DNA from: Rebecca billardiae RCC1528
Taxonomy: Eukaryota; Protista; Haptophyta
NCBI GenBank assembly: GCA_965240325.2
Contig: OZ251226.1
Span: forward strand, 1,922,001 to 1,986,000
Direction of reading: 5' to 3'
Length of the DNA: 64,000 nucleotides
Below the pieces are notes generated by a model. It did no database searches and was not told the origin of the DNA. It saw nothing but the letters and a program-made list of their open reading frames with translations. Below, in pieces: positions 63,705 to 64,000 of this stretch (its first letter is position 1; every line of letters begins with the position of its first letter). Position numbers and translations under genes: made by a program.

Positions 63705-64000
63705 GATCAATCAGCGGTCAGAGGAATACGCCGAGCAACGGAGAGTAGTTCGCGACGTCTACTCGTATCGGATTATATTCGGCCTGCGATTATTAGTCGT
63801 GATGAACGTATACTGAACGTTAAGATGGCTGTCCGAATTTGATGAATCACTGACATTGATTAATTATGATAGACACTAGACAGACTCTGCTGCCAACGTT
63901 CGCGGCGGTACAATGGTCATCTGCCTCTTGACTTCGCGGCGATCGTCGGTAGGGAATTGTGGAGCAGCTGATCCTAGGTCTGGGGGATCCGTTATTTATT

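Overview
Very GC-rich eukaryotic nuclear DNA with short GT-AG introns, proteins carrying bipartite plastid-targeting signals, and ciliary genes. This is most consistent with a haptophyte-type alga, which is an inference. The window opens with a Ty1/copia LTR retrotransposon. Its Gag-protease ORF and its IN-RT-RNaseH ORF are joined by a canonical -1 slippery site, and it sits about 200 bp upstream of a tRNA-Ser(TGA) gene. About 22 host genes follow, many in tight head-to-head pairs. They include GT32, GT2-like and GT90 glycosyltransferases, an ABC1 kinase, RING proteins, TRM6, a PA28-like protein, a SUT/SLC45 transporter, ARPC1, an RWP-RK factor, DUF1499, a WDR31-like protein, and a TPR protein. 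A repeat-rich block at about 28.7-46 kb contains two non-autonomous elements with Helitron2/Helentron-like ends, a PIF1-helicase relic and TA-CAGTTT transposon ends. The main candidates for undescribed systems are: (1) three ~0.9-1.1 kb fold-back palindromes that are highly divergent from one another but keep near-identical arms, two sharing a full bipartite motif and the third half of it; (2) a head-to-head pair of TIR-like genes (multi-TM-TIR and TIR-like-LRR) with one of these palindromes between them; (3) the copia element with a -1 frameshift placed after the protease. All calls were made by eye, with no database searches.
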